From positions 224,001 to 288,000 of the forward strand of contig CAWHCF010000020.1 in NCBI GenBank assembly GCA_963827655.1: DNA of 64,000 bases, written 5' to 3'. A program made the translations under genes and the position numbers. Positions 1 to 10,580 of the stretch are shown piece after piece. This stretch comes from an uncultured Acidobacteriota bacterium (GTDB lineage Bacteria > Acidobacteriota > UBA6911). Positions within the stretch are counted from its first letter, which is position 1. Every line of letters begins with the position of its first letter. Below the pieces are notes generated by a model that ran no database searches, was not told the DNA's origin, and saw only the letters and a program-made list of their open reading frames with translations.

Positions 1-2800
1 GTTGAAGCGCTCATCGATCACGGCGCCCTGCTTGTCGGTTTGGGGGAAGAAGTAGCGGTTGAAGAAGGTGTACCCTCCCTGCGCCGTGTCGGGCAGATAG
101 ACGTAGGCGAGCCTGCCGCCGCTCATCTGGTCCACCTTCCGGCGGTTCTCTTCGATCCACGCAAGGTTGCGCAGTCCCGGTTTCACTCTCCACGGGAACG
201 ACCGTGACCTCACGCGAACCGGAGCCATCGGGGTTCGTGCCGACGCGGATCACGACCTGCTTGTCGGCCGTGCCCTCGAAGAACCGGTACACATTGTCGG
301 CGTCGGTCAGGTTGCGGCCGTTCACCGCCAGCAGATACTCGCCGGCGGCCACGTTGACGCCGGGCTGCGTGAGCGGCGCCCGGAGCTGCGGATTCCAGTT
401 TTCGCCGTTATACACGCGCTCGAAACGGTAGCGGCCGTTCTCGATCTTGAAGTCCGCTCCGAGAAGTCCGCCGCGCACTCTCTTGGGATCGGGCACATCG
501 CCGCCCGAAACGTAGAGGTGGCCGACGGAAAGCTCGCCTAGCATCTCCGAGAACAGGTAGTTCAGGTCGGCCCGGTGCGCAAGCGAGTCGAAATAAGGCT
601 GGTACTTCTTCGCCGTGGCGTCGAGGTCCAGACCGTGGTAGTTGGGATCGTAGAAGAAGTCGCGCTCGATCCGCCATGTCTCGCGGTACATCTGGCTCCA
701 CTCGGCTTTCGGATCGACGAAGACCTCCATCTGGTCCGTCTTCAGCTTCCCTTCGCCGGGCTTGACGGGCTGCGCGGTCGCGGCAATGAACCAGTCATCG
801 CGCTGCCGGTAGAGCATCTTCTCCCCGTTGGCGGAAACGTCGAAGGCGCGGACGCCCTCGAGCACCTTGTCGAGTTTCCGCTTCTCCAGGTCGAATTTGT
901 GCACGATCGCGCTGGCGGGGCCGGCAGCCTGCGGCGCACCTTCGATGACATAGAGCATCCCGGCTTTGCCGACCGCGAGCCCGACGATGTTGCGCGCGGG
1001 TATGGGAAGCGCCAGGATGCGCTGGCTGATGTTGTCGAAATCGATGGCAACCTTCGGCGGCTCTTTCTTCTCGGCTGGCTTCGTGGCGGCGGTCGTGTCA
1101 CCTTTTTTCTCGTCGGCTTTATCCCCTTCCGGTTTTTCGTCTTTCTTTTCTTCCTTCTTGGCTTCGCCGATCTTCTCCTCGTCGCTCTCCGGCGCGAGCG
1201 GCGACGGCAGATCCTTTCTCAACACGCAAAGGTACACGCTGCGCGTGGGCCGATGAGGATAGCTCGACATGTCGAACCCGAAGACACGCGGGCCGATGTC
1301 GGTGCTCGCCGTGAAATAGAGCTGTTTGCCGTTCTTGTCGAAGACCGGGTGGCCGGCGTCGCTCAGGCCGTCGGTGATCTGGTGCGCCTTCGCTTCCTCG
1401 AGCGAATATACGAAGACCGCGCTGTACCATGACTGGAGCGGCTTGGTGTAGACGATCCAACGGCTGTCGGGCGACCAGCTCGGATTGAGCGCGAAGCCGC
1501 GGCGAACGGTGTCAATCTTGACGGGCGCAGCCTTGTCGATGTCCACGTACCAGAGGTTGAGGCGCTTGTCGCTGTAGGCGATTTTCTTGCTGTCAGGGGA
1601 CCAGGTCGGTGAATAGAAGAACGACGGCGGGTTCCCGAGGTTGATCTTCTTCACCTCTCCCATGCCTTTCTGATCGCGCAGGTGCAGGGCGTATTCGCCC
1701 GATTCGTCGGAGAAGTAGGCGATCCACTTGCCATCGGGCGACCAGGACGGGTCGCGCTCGGCGACACCGGACGTGGCGGTGAGATTGCGCACGTCCCCTT
1801 TCTCCGCGGGCACCGTGAGGATCTCGCCCCGTGCTTCGAAGATCGCGCGCACGCCGGTGGGCGAAATCGCGGCGTTGGTCATGCGGGTTCCGACCTTCTC
1901 GTACTTCGGGCGCACCGCGAGCATGTCGCCGTGGATCGTGACGTCGAGCTTGCGCGTCTTCCCGGACTTCAAGTCGAAGAGGTGAAGCGAGCCGAACTGC
2001 TCATAAGCGATCGCATCCGGACTGGCCGAAGCCGACTTGATGTCGAGACCCGCGTTCTGGACCACCTGGGCGACCTTCTTCGCCTTGGTATCGTAGGAGA
2101 AGAGCGTGACCGGCCCTCCGCGATCCGACAGAAAGTAGACCTTGTCGCCGATCCACATCGGATTGAAGTCGTTTGAATCCTCGCGCGGTATTTTCTCGAT
2201 CGACGAGTCATTCAGGGTCGCGATCCAGATGTAGGAAGCCATTCCGCCACGGTATCTTTTCCACGCGTTGAACGCGGGGGGCAGCGGTGTGTACGCCAGG
2301 CGGGCGCCGTCGGGCGAATAGGACCCGTCCCAGCCCATCGGCAGCGGCAACTCGGCCGGGAAGACGCCGTCAACGGGCACGGTGAAGAGCCGTTCGAATC
2401 GTCGAGAGGCGCTCGCGCGCCCCGAAACGAAGAGCACTTGACGGCCGTCCGGAGTCCACGCCGCCATCTCATCGGACGCGGGATGGTAGGTCAGCCGCTT
2501 CGGGATGCCGCCCGTCGCGGGCACGGTATAGACGTCTACGTTGCCGTCGTACTCGGCCGTGAAGGCCACGGTCTTGCCGTCGGGCGAAAAGCGCGGACTG
2601 CGTTCCGCGCCGACGCCGGTCGTGAGGCGGCTCGCCTCGCCCCCTTCGCGCGGTACGATCCAGAGATCGCCCGCATAGGTGAAGACGACGTGGGTTCGGT
2701 TGACTGTCGGGTCGCGTAGAAGCAGTGGCTTGACTGGCTGCGCCAATGCGCCAAGCGCAGCCGATACAATGCATGCCACAGTCAGGATCAGAGTTCTCAT
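1..2800 (-). CDS. Tricorn-like S41 peptidase (beta-propellers + PDZ); runs off the window start; frameshift near 176
   Basis: Signal peptide MRTLILTVAC from ATG 2800; PD40/TolB-like repeats; WRIERDFFYDPNYHGLD and LGELSVGHLYV motifs. A shifted frame continues LRNLAWIEENRRKVDQMSGGRLAYVYLPDT...IDERFN. Confidence 0.9.
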
Positions 2801-2892
2801 GGTGTCTCCCCGGGATAGCGCGAAGCAGGTTTCGTCACGACGGCTTTGAGTTTCCGCCACATTGTGGCAAAAAAAGACCGCACCTGCAATCA

Positions 2893-2966
2893 GTCTCCTG
2901 ATGACACGCGTTGTGGCCGCCGCATGCGGGGCTGGGATCGCACGAACCGGCGTCCGCCGATGCCGA
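2893..2966 (+). repeat. Degenerate direct copy of the vapC 3' segment (3776-3854)
   Basis: gttgtggccgccgcatgcgg(g/t)gctgggatcgc...ggcgtccgccgatgccga is present at both positions. Confidence 0.85.
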
Positions 2967-3132
2967 GCGCGGTCGGTGACTTGCCGGGGATAATCACGCG
3001 AGTCATTCGCGAGATCAACCTGTAAATATGTTCTATTTTACCGCCATTTCTTTCGAGGATTTGGGAGTTTCGGTGACTGTCCATCTTGTCTTTGCATCGA
3101 AAGCCGATCTGTATGCAGTCATGGTGCCAGTC

Positions 3133-3170
3133 ATCTTGACAGCACCCAGCTTTCAAGATAACGTCATGAC
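3133..3170 (+). promoter_or_regulatory. Sigma70-like promoter of TA pair 1, probably leaderless, with inverted repeats
   Basis: TTGACA(3136)-N17-TAACGT(3159), ATG at 3171; ATCTTGA...TCAAGAT and GTCATGAC palindromes. Confidence 0.6.
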
Positions 3171-3416
3171 ATGACCCGCCGAAAAGTCAGCACGCTTCTG
3201 GACGAACACCTGTTCCGCCGAGCGAAGCTGGAGTCGGTCCGCCGGCACAAACAGGTGAGTGAGATTCTCGGGGAGGCGCTCGAGCGCTATCTTGCGGAAA
3301 CCGGTGGCCGGCCCGCAACCACGGGTGTGGTCGCCGAGACCTGGGGAGTACTCAAACTTGACCGACGGAAAGTCGATCGACTGATCACGGAAGAGGCAAG
3401 CCTGCTTGACGCTTGA
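3171..3416 (+). CDS. Ribbon-helix-helix (VapB-like) antitoxin
   Basis: 81 aa with RHH pattern KVSTLLDEHLFRRAK...VSEILGEALERYL; overlaps the PIN gene. Confidence 0.8.
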   Translation: MTRRKVSTLLDEHLFRRAKLESVRRHKQVSEILGEALERYLAETGGRPATTGVVAETWGVLKLDRRKVDRLITEEASLLDA

Positions 3417-3906
3417 TCGCGTCCCTCCAGCAAGTCGCATATTTCTGGACTCCACGATTTTCATCTACCACGCTACCGCGACATCGCCGCAGTGCCGAGC
3501 TCTCCTCGAACGCTGCGAAGCGGGCGATGTTGCCGGCGTTACCTCAGTCGTCGTTGTGGCCGAAGTCGCGCATCGCCTGATGATGATCGAGGCTGTGTCG
3601 GCGGGGCTGGTCTCGGGGAAGGAGGTCATCAAGAAGCTCCGCGCCCGACCGGACCTCGTCCGCCAGCTGCATGTCTACCAGGAGCAAATCGAACGTATTC
3701 CGTTGATGGGGGTCGATGTCGTGCCGCTCGAGTTTGGAACTCTCCTTCGTTCGGCGGACATCCGGCGACGGTACGGTCTTCTGATGAACGACTCGCTGGT
3801 TGTGGCCGCCGCATGCGGTGCTGGGATCGCGCAGCTGGCGTCCGCCGATGCCGATTTCCGCCGTGTCAAGGAACTGAAGCTGTATCGACCGGGTGATCTC
3901 GGCTAG
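3406..3906 (+). CDS. vapC: PIN-domain VapC toxin
   Basis: IFLDSTIFIY, VVVAEV, LLMNDSLVVA and LASADADF acidic PIN motifs. Confidence 0.9.
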   Translation: MTLDRVPPASRIFLDSTIFIYHATATSPQCRALLERCEAGDVAGVTSVVVVAEVAHRLMMIEAVSAGLVSGKEVIKKLRARPDLVRQLHVYQEQIERIPLMGVDVVPLEFGTLLRSADIRRRYGLLMNDSLVVAAACGAGIAQLASADADFRRVKELKLYRPGDLG

Positions 3907-4080
3907 GACTGGCTCGAGCGAAGCCATCGAGCAGGTTCAGCTGGAAACGCTGGCATTCGCTGTTTTCCTGGCATCGCGAGCTCGTGTGTTCCCGTTGGCG
4001 TTCGCCCCGGGGGTGATATACTCTGGCCCTATTGATCGGCCTCTCCCTGGCTGGTCGCGCGAGACATCAGGAGCATAAAA

Positions 4081-5518
4081 ATGCGTCTTCTTCTAGCGGT
4101 TCTTTGCGTTGCGTTATTCCTTCTTCCATCGGCCGGCCATGCAGAAGAGTGGTCGCGTTTCCGAGGCGCCAATGGCTCCGGTGTTTCACAGGACGTCGGA
4201 TTCCCCATGAAGTTCGGCCGTGACCGGAACGTCATCTGGAGAACTCCGGTTCGCCCGGGCAAGTCCTCGCCGATTCTGACTCCCCGGCTCGTATTCTTGA
4301 CTGCGTTCGAGGATGGAAAACTGTTCACGCAGTGTTTTGATCGCAAGACCGGGAAGCTGTTGTGGGAACGGGCGGAGGACCGGCCTCGCGCAGAGGTTGG
4401 TAACGTCCTGAACCAGCCGGCATCGATCACCCCCGTGACCGACGGGGACAACGTGTACGCATTCTTCGCTGACTTCGGCCTGATTTCCTACGACGAGTCC
4501 GGCAAAGTGCGGTGGAAGACGCCTCTCGGCCCGTTCACAAATACGATGGGGCTTGGTGCCTCACCGATTCTAGCCGGAGACTTCATTGTCCTCGTAGCCG
4601 ACCAGCAGGATGACTCGTATATCGCCGCCTTCGACCGACGTAGTGGCGCGATCCGTTGGAAGACACCCCGTCAGGAGAAGGATGGCTGGGCTACGCCGGT
4701 GCTTTTACGACAGCCCGGGGCCGCTCCCCAAATTTTGACCGTCAGCCGGGGGCAGCTGGGAGCTCATGGCCTGGCGGACGGGAGCCAGAGCCTGGAGCTA
4801 CGATCGCTTGAGTCCTGCGATCGTTGCCAGTCCAGTGCTGGTTCAAGACACGCTCTTCACTTTTGGCTATGGCAACGAGTCCGCCGCCCCTTTTTCGAAT
4901 ATCCTCGCCAAAAATGACAAGAACCAGGATGGAAAGATTTCTCCGGATGAGCAAGGCGACAATGCGTTCCTCATTGGAATTGGAAAATACGAGGGGAATC
5001 GTGATCAGATTGTAACCAAGGAAGAATGGGATGAGAAACAGCGTCAGGTCCTGGCGCCGTCCAGTCTGTTGGCCGTCCGGCTTGAACCCGATCCCGGCGC
5101 GGCGCCAGTGAATTCCATTCGCGCCCGTGAACTCTGGCGCTACGAGAAGAGTTTTGTCGGCGTAATCCCCTCACCGCTCATTTACCAGGGCGTCCTCTAC
5201 GTGGTGAAGAACGGCGGCATCCTCACGGCCTTTGACCCCGCAAACGGCGAGGTAGTCAAGACCGGCCGAATGCAGGGGGCCGTCGGCGGCTATTCCGCCT
5301 CACCGGTCTCCGCCGAGGGCATGATCTTCCTCGCCGGCGAAGAAGGGAAGGTGGCTGTTGTGCGAGCCGGCCGGGATTGGGACGTGCTCACCGTGAATGA
5401 CCTCGGCGAAAGTTGTTATGCGACCCCCGCCCTCTCCAATGGAAAAATCTATCTGCGCACGAGCGAGGCTCTGTACTGCTTCGGCAGTGGGGGTCAAGAT
5501 CAGTCGACCGTGCGGTGA
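4081..5518 (+). CDS. PQQ-like beta-propeller secreted protein with EF-hand-like loop; frameshift near 4780
   Basis: Joins ORFs 4081-4917 and 4766-5518; WSRFRGANGSG, SSPI and YATPALSNGKIYLRT motifs; DKNQDGKISPDE. Confidence 0.85.
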
Positions 5519-5534
5519 GAGCAGAGGAGGCCTC

Positions 5535-6980
5535 ATGAATCGTCCATTTTCACCCATACTGCTCGCAGCCATTCTTCTGTCTTGTGGCGGCTCGGGTTTC
5601 GTGCGCGGCTCTGCCGCGCAGACGCCGAAGCAAATCCGCGCTGGAGCAGCGGCCACCAACGTGACCCCCTGGCTTGGCCTTTCGATCAACGGGTCCATGC
5701 AGGACCGTCGGGTCAACCGGATTCACGACGAGCTGCATGCCCGCTCGCTGGCGCTGGATGACGGCCGGAACCGCATTGTCATCACGGTCGTGGATAGCTG
5801 CATGATTTCTCGCGAAATCTTCGATGAGGCGAAGCGGTTGGTGACTCAGCACACCGGACTTCCGGCACACCATATGCTCATGTCGGCCACCCACACGCAT
5901 TCCGCTCCGACGGCGGTCCCGATCTTCCAGAGCCAGGCCGATGCGGAATATCTTCGGTTCCTGACGCGAAGGATCGCCGACAGCGTGCGCCGCGCGCTGG
6001 ACAATCTCCAGCCGGCCGAGATTGGTTGGGGGATGGGGAAAGTGCCGCAGCATGTCTTCAACCGGCGCTGGAAGATGAAGCCGGGGACGTCGCTTCCGGA
6101 TCCGTTCGGCGGGACCGACCAGGTGAAGATGAATCCACCCGCCGGCAGCCCCGACCTGGTGGAGCCGGCCGGCCCGACCGACCCCGACCTGTCACTCCTT
6201 TCGGTTCGCGGGCTCGACGGGCGGCCCATTGCGCTGATGGGCAACTACTCGCTGCACTACGTCGGGGCGGCGGACACTTCGGCCGACTATTTCGGGGTGT
6301 TCGCCGATCGGATCCGGGAACTCCTGGGAGCCGAGCGTCTCGAGCCTCCATTTGTGGGAATTCTCTCGAACGGCACCAGCGGCAACATCAATAACATCGA
6401 CTTCCGGCGCCAGCGCGAGTCGCAGCCTCCCTTCGCGCAGATGCGCCGCGTCGCCGATGACGTCGCCCAGGAAGCGCTCCGGGTGTACAAGACGATCAAG
6501 CACCAGGCCTGGGTTCCGCTGGACGCGCGCCAGGCAGAGATCGAGCTCGGAGTGCGCCGGCCCGGCTCCGAGGAACTCCGAAGAGCCCGGCAGATCGTCG
6601 CAGCGGCGAAAGGTCCGGTGATGCAGACCCAGCCGGAAATCTATGCGCGCGAGACGCTCCTGCTGGCCGATTATCCGGAGAAGGTCCCGGTTCTTGTCCA
6701 GGGGCTACGGATCGGCGATCTTGGAATCGGCGCGATCCCGTGCGAGGTTTTTGTCGAGATTGGTCTCGAGCTGAAGAAGAAGAGCGCGTTGCAGCCGGTG
6801 TTCATCGTCTCGCTCGCCAACGGCTACAACGGCTATCTGCCGACTGTGGAACATCACCGGCTGGGCGGCTACGAGACCTGGCGCGCGCGCTCGAGCTACC
6901 TGGAGGTGGAGGCGGCGCCGAGGATCGTAGATCGGCTGCTGACGCTCTTCGGTGAGTTGAAAGGGCAGAAGACAGATTAA
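5535..6980 (+). CDS. Neutral/alkaline ceramidase-like family hydrolase
   Basis: RBS GAGGAGG before ATG 5535; IHDELHARSL, SATHTHSAP, NYSLHY, SADYFG and LANGYNGYLPT motifs. Confidence 0.8.
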   Translation: MNRPFSPILLAAILLSCGGSGFVRGSAAQTPKQIRAGAAATNVTPWLGLSINGSMQDRRVNRIHDELHARSLALDDGRNRIVITVVDSCMISREIFDEAKRLVTQHTGLPAHHMLMSATHTHSAPTAVPIFQSQADAEYLRFLTRRIADSVRRALDNLQPAEIGWGMGKVPQHVFNRRWKMKPGTSLPDPFGGTDQVKMNPPAGSPDLVEPAGPTDPDLSLLSVRGLDGRPIALMGNYSLHYVGAADTSADYFGVFADRIRELLGAERLEPPFVGILSNGTSGNINNIDFRRQRESQPPFAQMRRVADDVAQEALRVYKTIKHQAWVPLDARQAEIELGVRRPGSEELRRARQIVAAAKGPVMQTQPEIYARETLLLADYPEKVPVLVQGLRIGDLGIGAIPCEVFVEIGLELKKKSALQPVFIVSLANGYNGYLPTVEHHRLGGYETWRARSSYLEVEAAPRIVDRLLTLFGELKGQKTD

Positions 6981-7020
6981 TTTGATCGTTACGAATGGGC
7001 ACGTGCTGAGTGCTGTTAGT

Positions 7021-7220
7021 AATTGCGGTGACGTAATTTGGCAGTGAGGCCTGAAGAGCCGACAGAAGAGTTGGGCCCGTCCGGCGAAGTAAGCTTCGCC
7101 AACGTCACGATCACGACCGGCATGTTTGCGGTTGATCGAGAATCTGAGTCTCACAACCATGATTGCCCAACGTTCGGCCCGAAGGTGCAACACAGTCGGA
7201 GTGCCGGTCATTCGGACCTC
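7021..7220. repeat. Partial copy of MITE/REP-like family B (see 59419)
   Basis: Shares aatt(g/a)cggtgacgt..ttggcag..gaggcctgaag.gccgacaga and ccgaaggtgc.acacag.cggagtgccggtc.ttcggacctc with 59419-59580. Confidence 0.8.
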
Positions 7221-7226
7221 TGGTCT

Positions 7227-8561
7227 TTATGGTTCCCTGAAGCAGTAGAGGTTGTTCTGAGTCCGTATGATCAGGCGGTCGCCAACCAGGGCCGGTGTCG
7301 CCATGCAGAACTCGTTCAGGCTGTTCTTGCCTACAACCTTGAATTCGCTCCCCGGTTGGATCACGAAGGTATCCCCATCCTCACTCAGGACGAAAATGCG
7401 GTCCCGGTAAGCCCAGGGGGACGCGGTAAACGCGGCGCTGGCTGGATCGATCCTTTGCTTCGAGTACACAACCTGGCCGGTCTTGGCGTCATTGCAGGTG
7501 AAAAACCCGCGGTCGAACAGGGTGTAGTAGTAGTCGCCGTAAACGAGGGCACTCGGATTGTACGGCCCTCCTGCCGGATCGTACCATGCGACGAAATCGC
7601 TGCTGGTTGCGCCTTCCGGAAGTGAGATGTCCCCCGAAGCACCCGGCCGGATCGCGTGAATGGGGCGATGCTTCGCGCCCACGTATCCCGACGTCACGTA
7701 GAGCAGGTCGTGTGCGGTGAAGGGAGTTGGAATCATCAGCTGGCCGAAAGGCCCGCGCAGCTCCCACAGGAGCTTCCCGTTAAGATCATACGAACGGATT
7801 CGCTCGTTTCCGTTCGTGATGATCTCGGTCCGCAGCTTGTTCGTCCAGACGAACGGAGTGGCCCACGTCGTCTTCTCCTCTCGAGGAACGCGCCAGGCCT
7901 CCTTCCCGGTCTTCTTGTCGAGCGCGCTGATATAGGAAGAATCGGCGTTGTCGTTGACGATGATGAGAAGATCGCCTTGAAGCACCGGAGACCCCGCGGT
8001 GCCCCATCCATTCAGGGTGTTGAACGGTCCCTGCGGGCGGCGCCAGATTTCGGTCCCTTTGTGGTCGAAGACAAAGATCCCGGTCTGGCCGAAGTAAAAA
8101 TAGACGCGCTCGGCATCGACGGCCGGTGTTTCGGACGCATACGTGTTCTTCAGGTGCCGGCTCGATCGAGGAACCTCGCGAGCCAGATCTTTCCGCCACA
8201 GAATCTTTCCGGTGTTCGCGTCAAGACAGAAGACTGCCCAGGTATGCTCTTCCTTCGGAATCGGGCGCTCCCCTCCGAAATAGAGTCCCCCTTTTACCTT
8301 TTCCTCCTCTCCGGCGCTGATTACCGAGGTGAGGAAGATGCGATCCCCCCAAACGACCGGTGAAGACCAGCCGGATCCGGGAATCGGAGTCTTCCAGGCA
8401 ACATTCTGGGTCGCGCTCCAGGACAGCGGAAGCTTCTTGTTCTCTGATATTCCTCGGGAACCAGGTCCCCGGAACTGCGGCCAGTGATCCTGAGCCGGAA
8501 GTACAACGACCGTGACCCACAAGGTGAACGCAGCCCACCGTAGAATTCGCATTCTTTCCAT
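7227..8561 (-). CDS. PQQ-like beta-propeller secreted protein
   Basis: WPQFRGPGSRG, GWSSPVVWGDRIFLT and ATPALVGDRLIIRT motifs. Confidence 0.9.
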   Translation of the reverse strand: MERMRILRWAAFTLWVTVVVLPAQDHWPQFRGPGSRGISENKKLPLSWSATQNVAWKTPIPGSGWSSPVVWGDRIFLTSVISAGEEEKVKGGLYFGGERPIPKEEHTWAVFCLDANTGKILWRKDLAREVPRSSRHLKNTYASETPAVDAERVYFYFGQTGIFVFDHKGTEIWRRPQGPFNTLNGWGTAGSPVLQGDLLIIVNDNADSSYISALDKKTGKEAWRVPREEKTTWATPFVWTNKLRTEIITNGNERIRSYDLNGKLLWELRGPFGQLMIPTPFTAHDLLYVTSGYVGAKHRPIHAIRPGASGDISLPEGATSSDFVAWYDPAGGPYNPSALVYGDYYYTLFDRGFFTCNDAKTGQVVYSKQRIDPASAAFTASPWAYRDRIFVLSEDGDTFVIQPGSEFKVVGKNSLNEFCMATPALVGDRLIIRTQNNLYCFREP

Positions 8562-8918
8562 GCCTCCTGTCCCGTCGTATCGTCTTGCAAGAGGATAATG
8601 CGTCGCATCGGCCCTGGCAATGGCTCAGAATGGTAGGCAGTCCGAAGGGGCGCGATTGTAAAGCTGGCAGACCGCGCAGCTGACAGAAAACACGGTCCAA
8701 TGACTTTCTCGGTGGGGCGTGTGGTCGCACGAATGTCGTGCCCATTGCAGAGGTGATCATCAATCAGTAGAGCGGGCCGAACTATTGGTGGCAGCACCTC
8801 GGCAACGGGTTGTGCTACTCGGCGTTTTTCGCAGTAGTTACGTCGGGTGGTCTCAGCGCTTGCTGGTAACCTGTATGTCTCCGGAGGGGACTCGGCCCAT
8901 GGGGAAGGGGTGAACGTG

Positions 8919-9290
8919 ATGAGAACGCCGCAAGTTCTCGCGTACATAGCGTGTATGGTATCTGGCGGTCTTTGGTTTGTGTTCCTATATTTCAACCCAT
9001 ACACCACGCCGGCAAGTTTTCCTCCTGGCACCTCTTGGTGGACGCCAACAACACAGCTGATCGTATGGATTCAGATCGTCCTGTCCGCTGTCGGCGCCGT
9101 GGTTGCCTGGTTGAGCAAGCCGTACCTCATGTATGTGATTTTCTGCGTGTTATTCATGCCGTTTGGGCTCTACGTTTCGTTGCACGATAGTGTATGGGTT
9201 TGGATAGGCGTCGCCGATCTCGCATACCTCGCTGCAGCGGTATGGTTGCATCGCTCATCCAACAGGGCGGTTCCCGTGCGGGGAAGGTAG
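8919..9290 (+). CDS. Small hypothetical membrane protein (about 4 TM)
   Basis: Four hydrophobic segments; lower GC than neighbours. Confidence 0.6.
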   Translation: MRTPQVLAYIACMVSGGLWFVFLYFNPYTTPASFPPGTSWWTPTTQLIVWIQIVLSAVGAVVAWLSKPYLMYVIFCVLFMPFGLYVSLHDSVWVWIGVADLAYLAAAVWLHRSSNRAVPVRGR

Positions 9291-9387
9291 ACGTTTGATG
9301 CCGGGGCAACAAGAACGTGCTATGCTCTGCTCCGAGTTCGTTACAAACACTTCCGTCATTCAATTAGAACTTCCGGAGGGCAGTCGT

Positions 9388-10275
9388 ATGGATCAAAAAA
9401 AGGGGAGCGATTTCGATCAGGACCTTTACAAGCTTTTTGACCGTTACGTTCACGGCCTGATTGACCGCCGCGGGTTCCTCGACGGCGCAGCCAGGTTTGC
9501 GGTGGGTGGCATGACGGCGGCCATGCTGCTCGATGCCCTCAATCCGAAGTTCGCAGAAGCCCAGCAGGTCGCCAAGGACGACAAACGCCTCAAGACTGAG
9601 TCCCTTGAGTACCAATCGCCGCAGGGCTCCGGCAAGATGCGCGGCTACCTCGCCCGGCCGGCGAATGCGTCGGGTAAGCTCCCCGGCGTCCTTGTCGTCC
9701 ACGAAAACCGCGGTCTCAACCCCCACATCGAAGATGTCGCCCGGCGTGTGGCGCTCGACAATTTTATGGCCTTCGCGCCCGACGCCCTGACGCCGCTCGG
9801 CGGCTACCCGGGTGACGAAGACAAGGCGCGGGAACTCTTTCCCAAGCTGGATCAGGCCAAGACCGCCGAAGATTTTATCGCGGCGGTGGCGCTCATCAAG
9901 AACCGCCCCGACTGCACGGGCAAGGTTGGGGTGGTGGGCTTCTGCTACGGTGGCGGCGTGGCCAACATGCTGGCGACGCGCGTGCCGGATCTGGCGGCGG
10001 CCGTGCCCTTCTACGGGAGCCAGGCGAAGACTGAGGACGTCCCGAAGATCAAGGCCACTCTCCTGATTCATTACGCGGAGAAGGACGACCGTATCAATGC
10101 CGGCTGGCCGGCCTACGAGGCTGCGCTCAAGGCACACAACGTGAAATACACGATGCACACGTATCCGGGCACGCAGCATGGCTTCAATAACAACACGACG
10201 CCCCGCTACGACGAGGCCGCGGCCAAGCTCGCCTGGCAGCGTACGGTCGACTTCTTCAACAAGACGCTGCGGTAG
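9388..10275 (+). CDS. Dienelactone hydrolase family (YghX-like)
   Basis: YVHGLIDRRGFL, HENRGLNPHIEDVARR, GFCYGGG nucleophile motif, QHGFNN. Confidence 0.9.
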   Translation: MDQKKGSDFDQDLYKLFDRYVHGLIDRRGFLDGAARFAVGGMTAAMLLDALNPKFAEAQQVAKDDKRLKTESLEYQSPQGSGKMRGYLARPANASGKLPGVLVVHENRGLNPHIEDVARRVALDNFMAFAPDALTPLGGYPGDEDKARELFPKLDQAKTAEDFIAAVALIKNRPDCTGKVGVVGFCYGGGVANMLATRVPDLAAAVPFYGSQAKTEDVPKIKATLLIHYAEKDDRINAGWPAYEAALKAHNVKYTMHTYPGTQHGFNNNTTPRYDEAAAKLAWQRTVDFFNKTLR

Positions 10276-10373
10276 CCTCGGCAGGCACGCAGTAAGCCTC
10301 GGGCTGCGCTGGACCAGGGCTCATCAACCGCGAGTTTCGAGAAGACTGCTAGGAGCAGGACTGCAAGGTCGAT

Positions 10374-10576
10374 TTGAGACCGTTGCAAAACTCAACTGTG
10401 ACACTGCTGAGTGGCTTGGACACTTTCCGAAGGCCTGTGGCGACGGGCCATTGGCCCGTCGCAACTAACGCGAGAGTGAGACTTAGCTTTAAAAAGTTCA
10501 TTTCTGCCAACTGAGGGCCGGACGGGCTTGATAGCCCGTCCGCACATGAACCGAGCGCGTTTTGCAACAGTCTCAA
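10374..10576. mobile_element. MITE/REPIN-like family A, about 203 bp
   Basis: 17-bp terminal inverted repeats TTGAGAC(C/T)GTTGCAAAA; two internal palindromes GACGGGCcattgGCCCGTC and GGACGGGCTtgatAGCCCGTCC. Confidence 0.75.
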
Positions 10577-10580
10577 TGGG

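Noticed and set aside
3022-3035. Eighth operator copy (TAAATATGTTCTA)
   Set aside because: Only a half-site match; the CAACATGTTG at 38425 is similarly weak.
2893-3854. DGR template/variable repeat pair
   Set aside because: Differences are not adenine-specific, indels are present, and there is no reverse transcriptase in the window.
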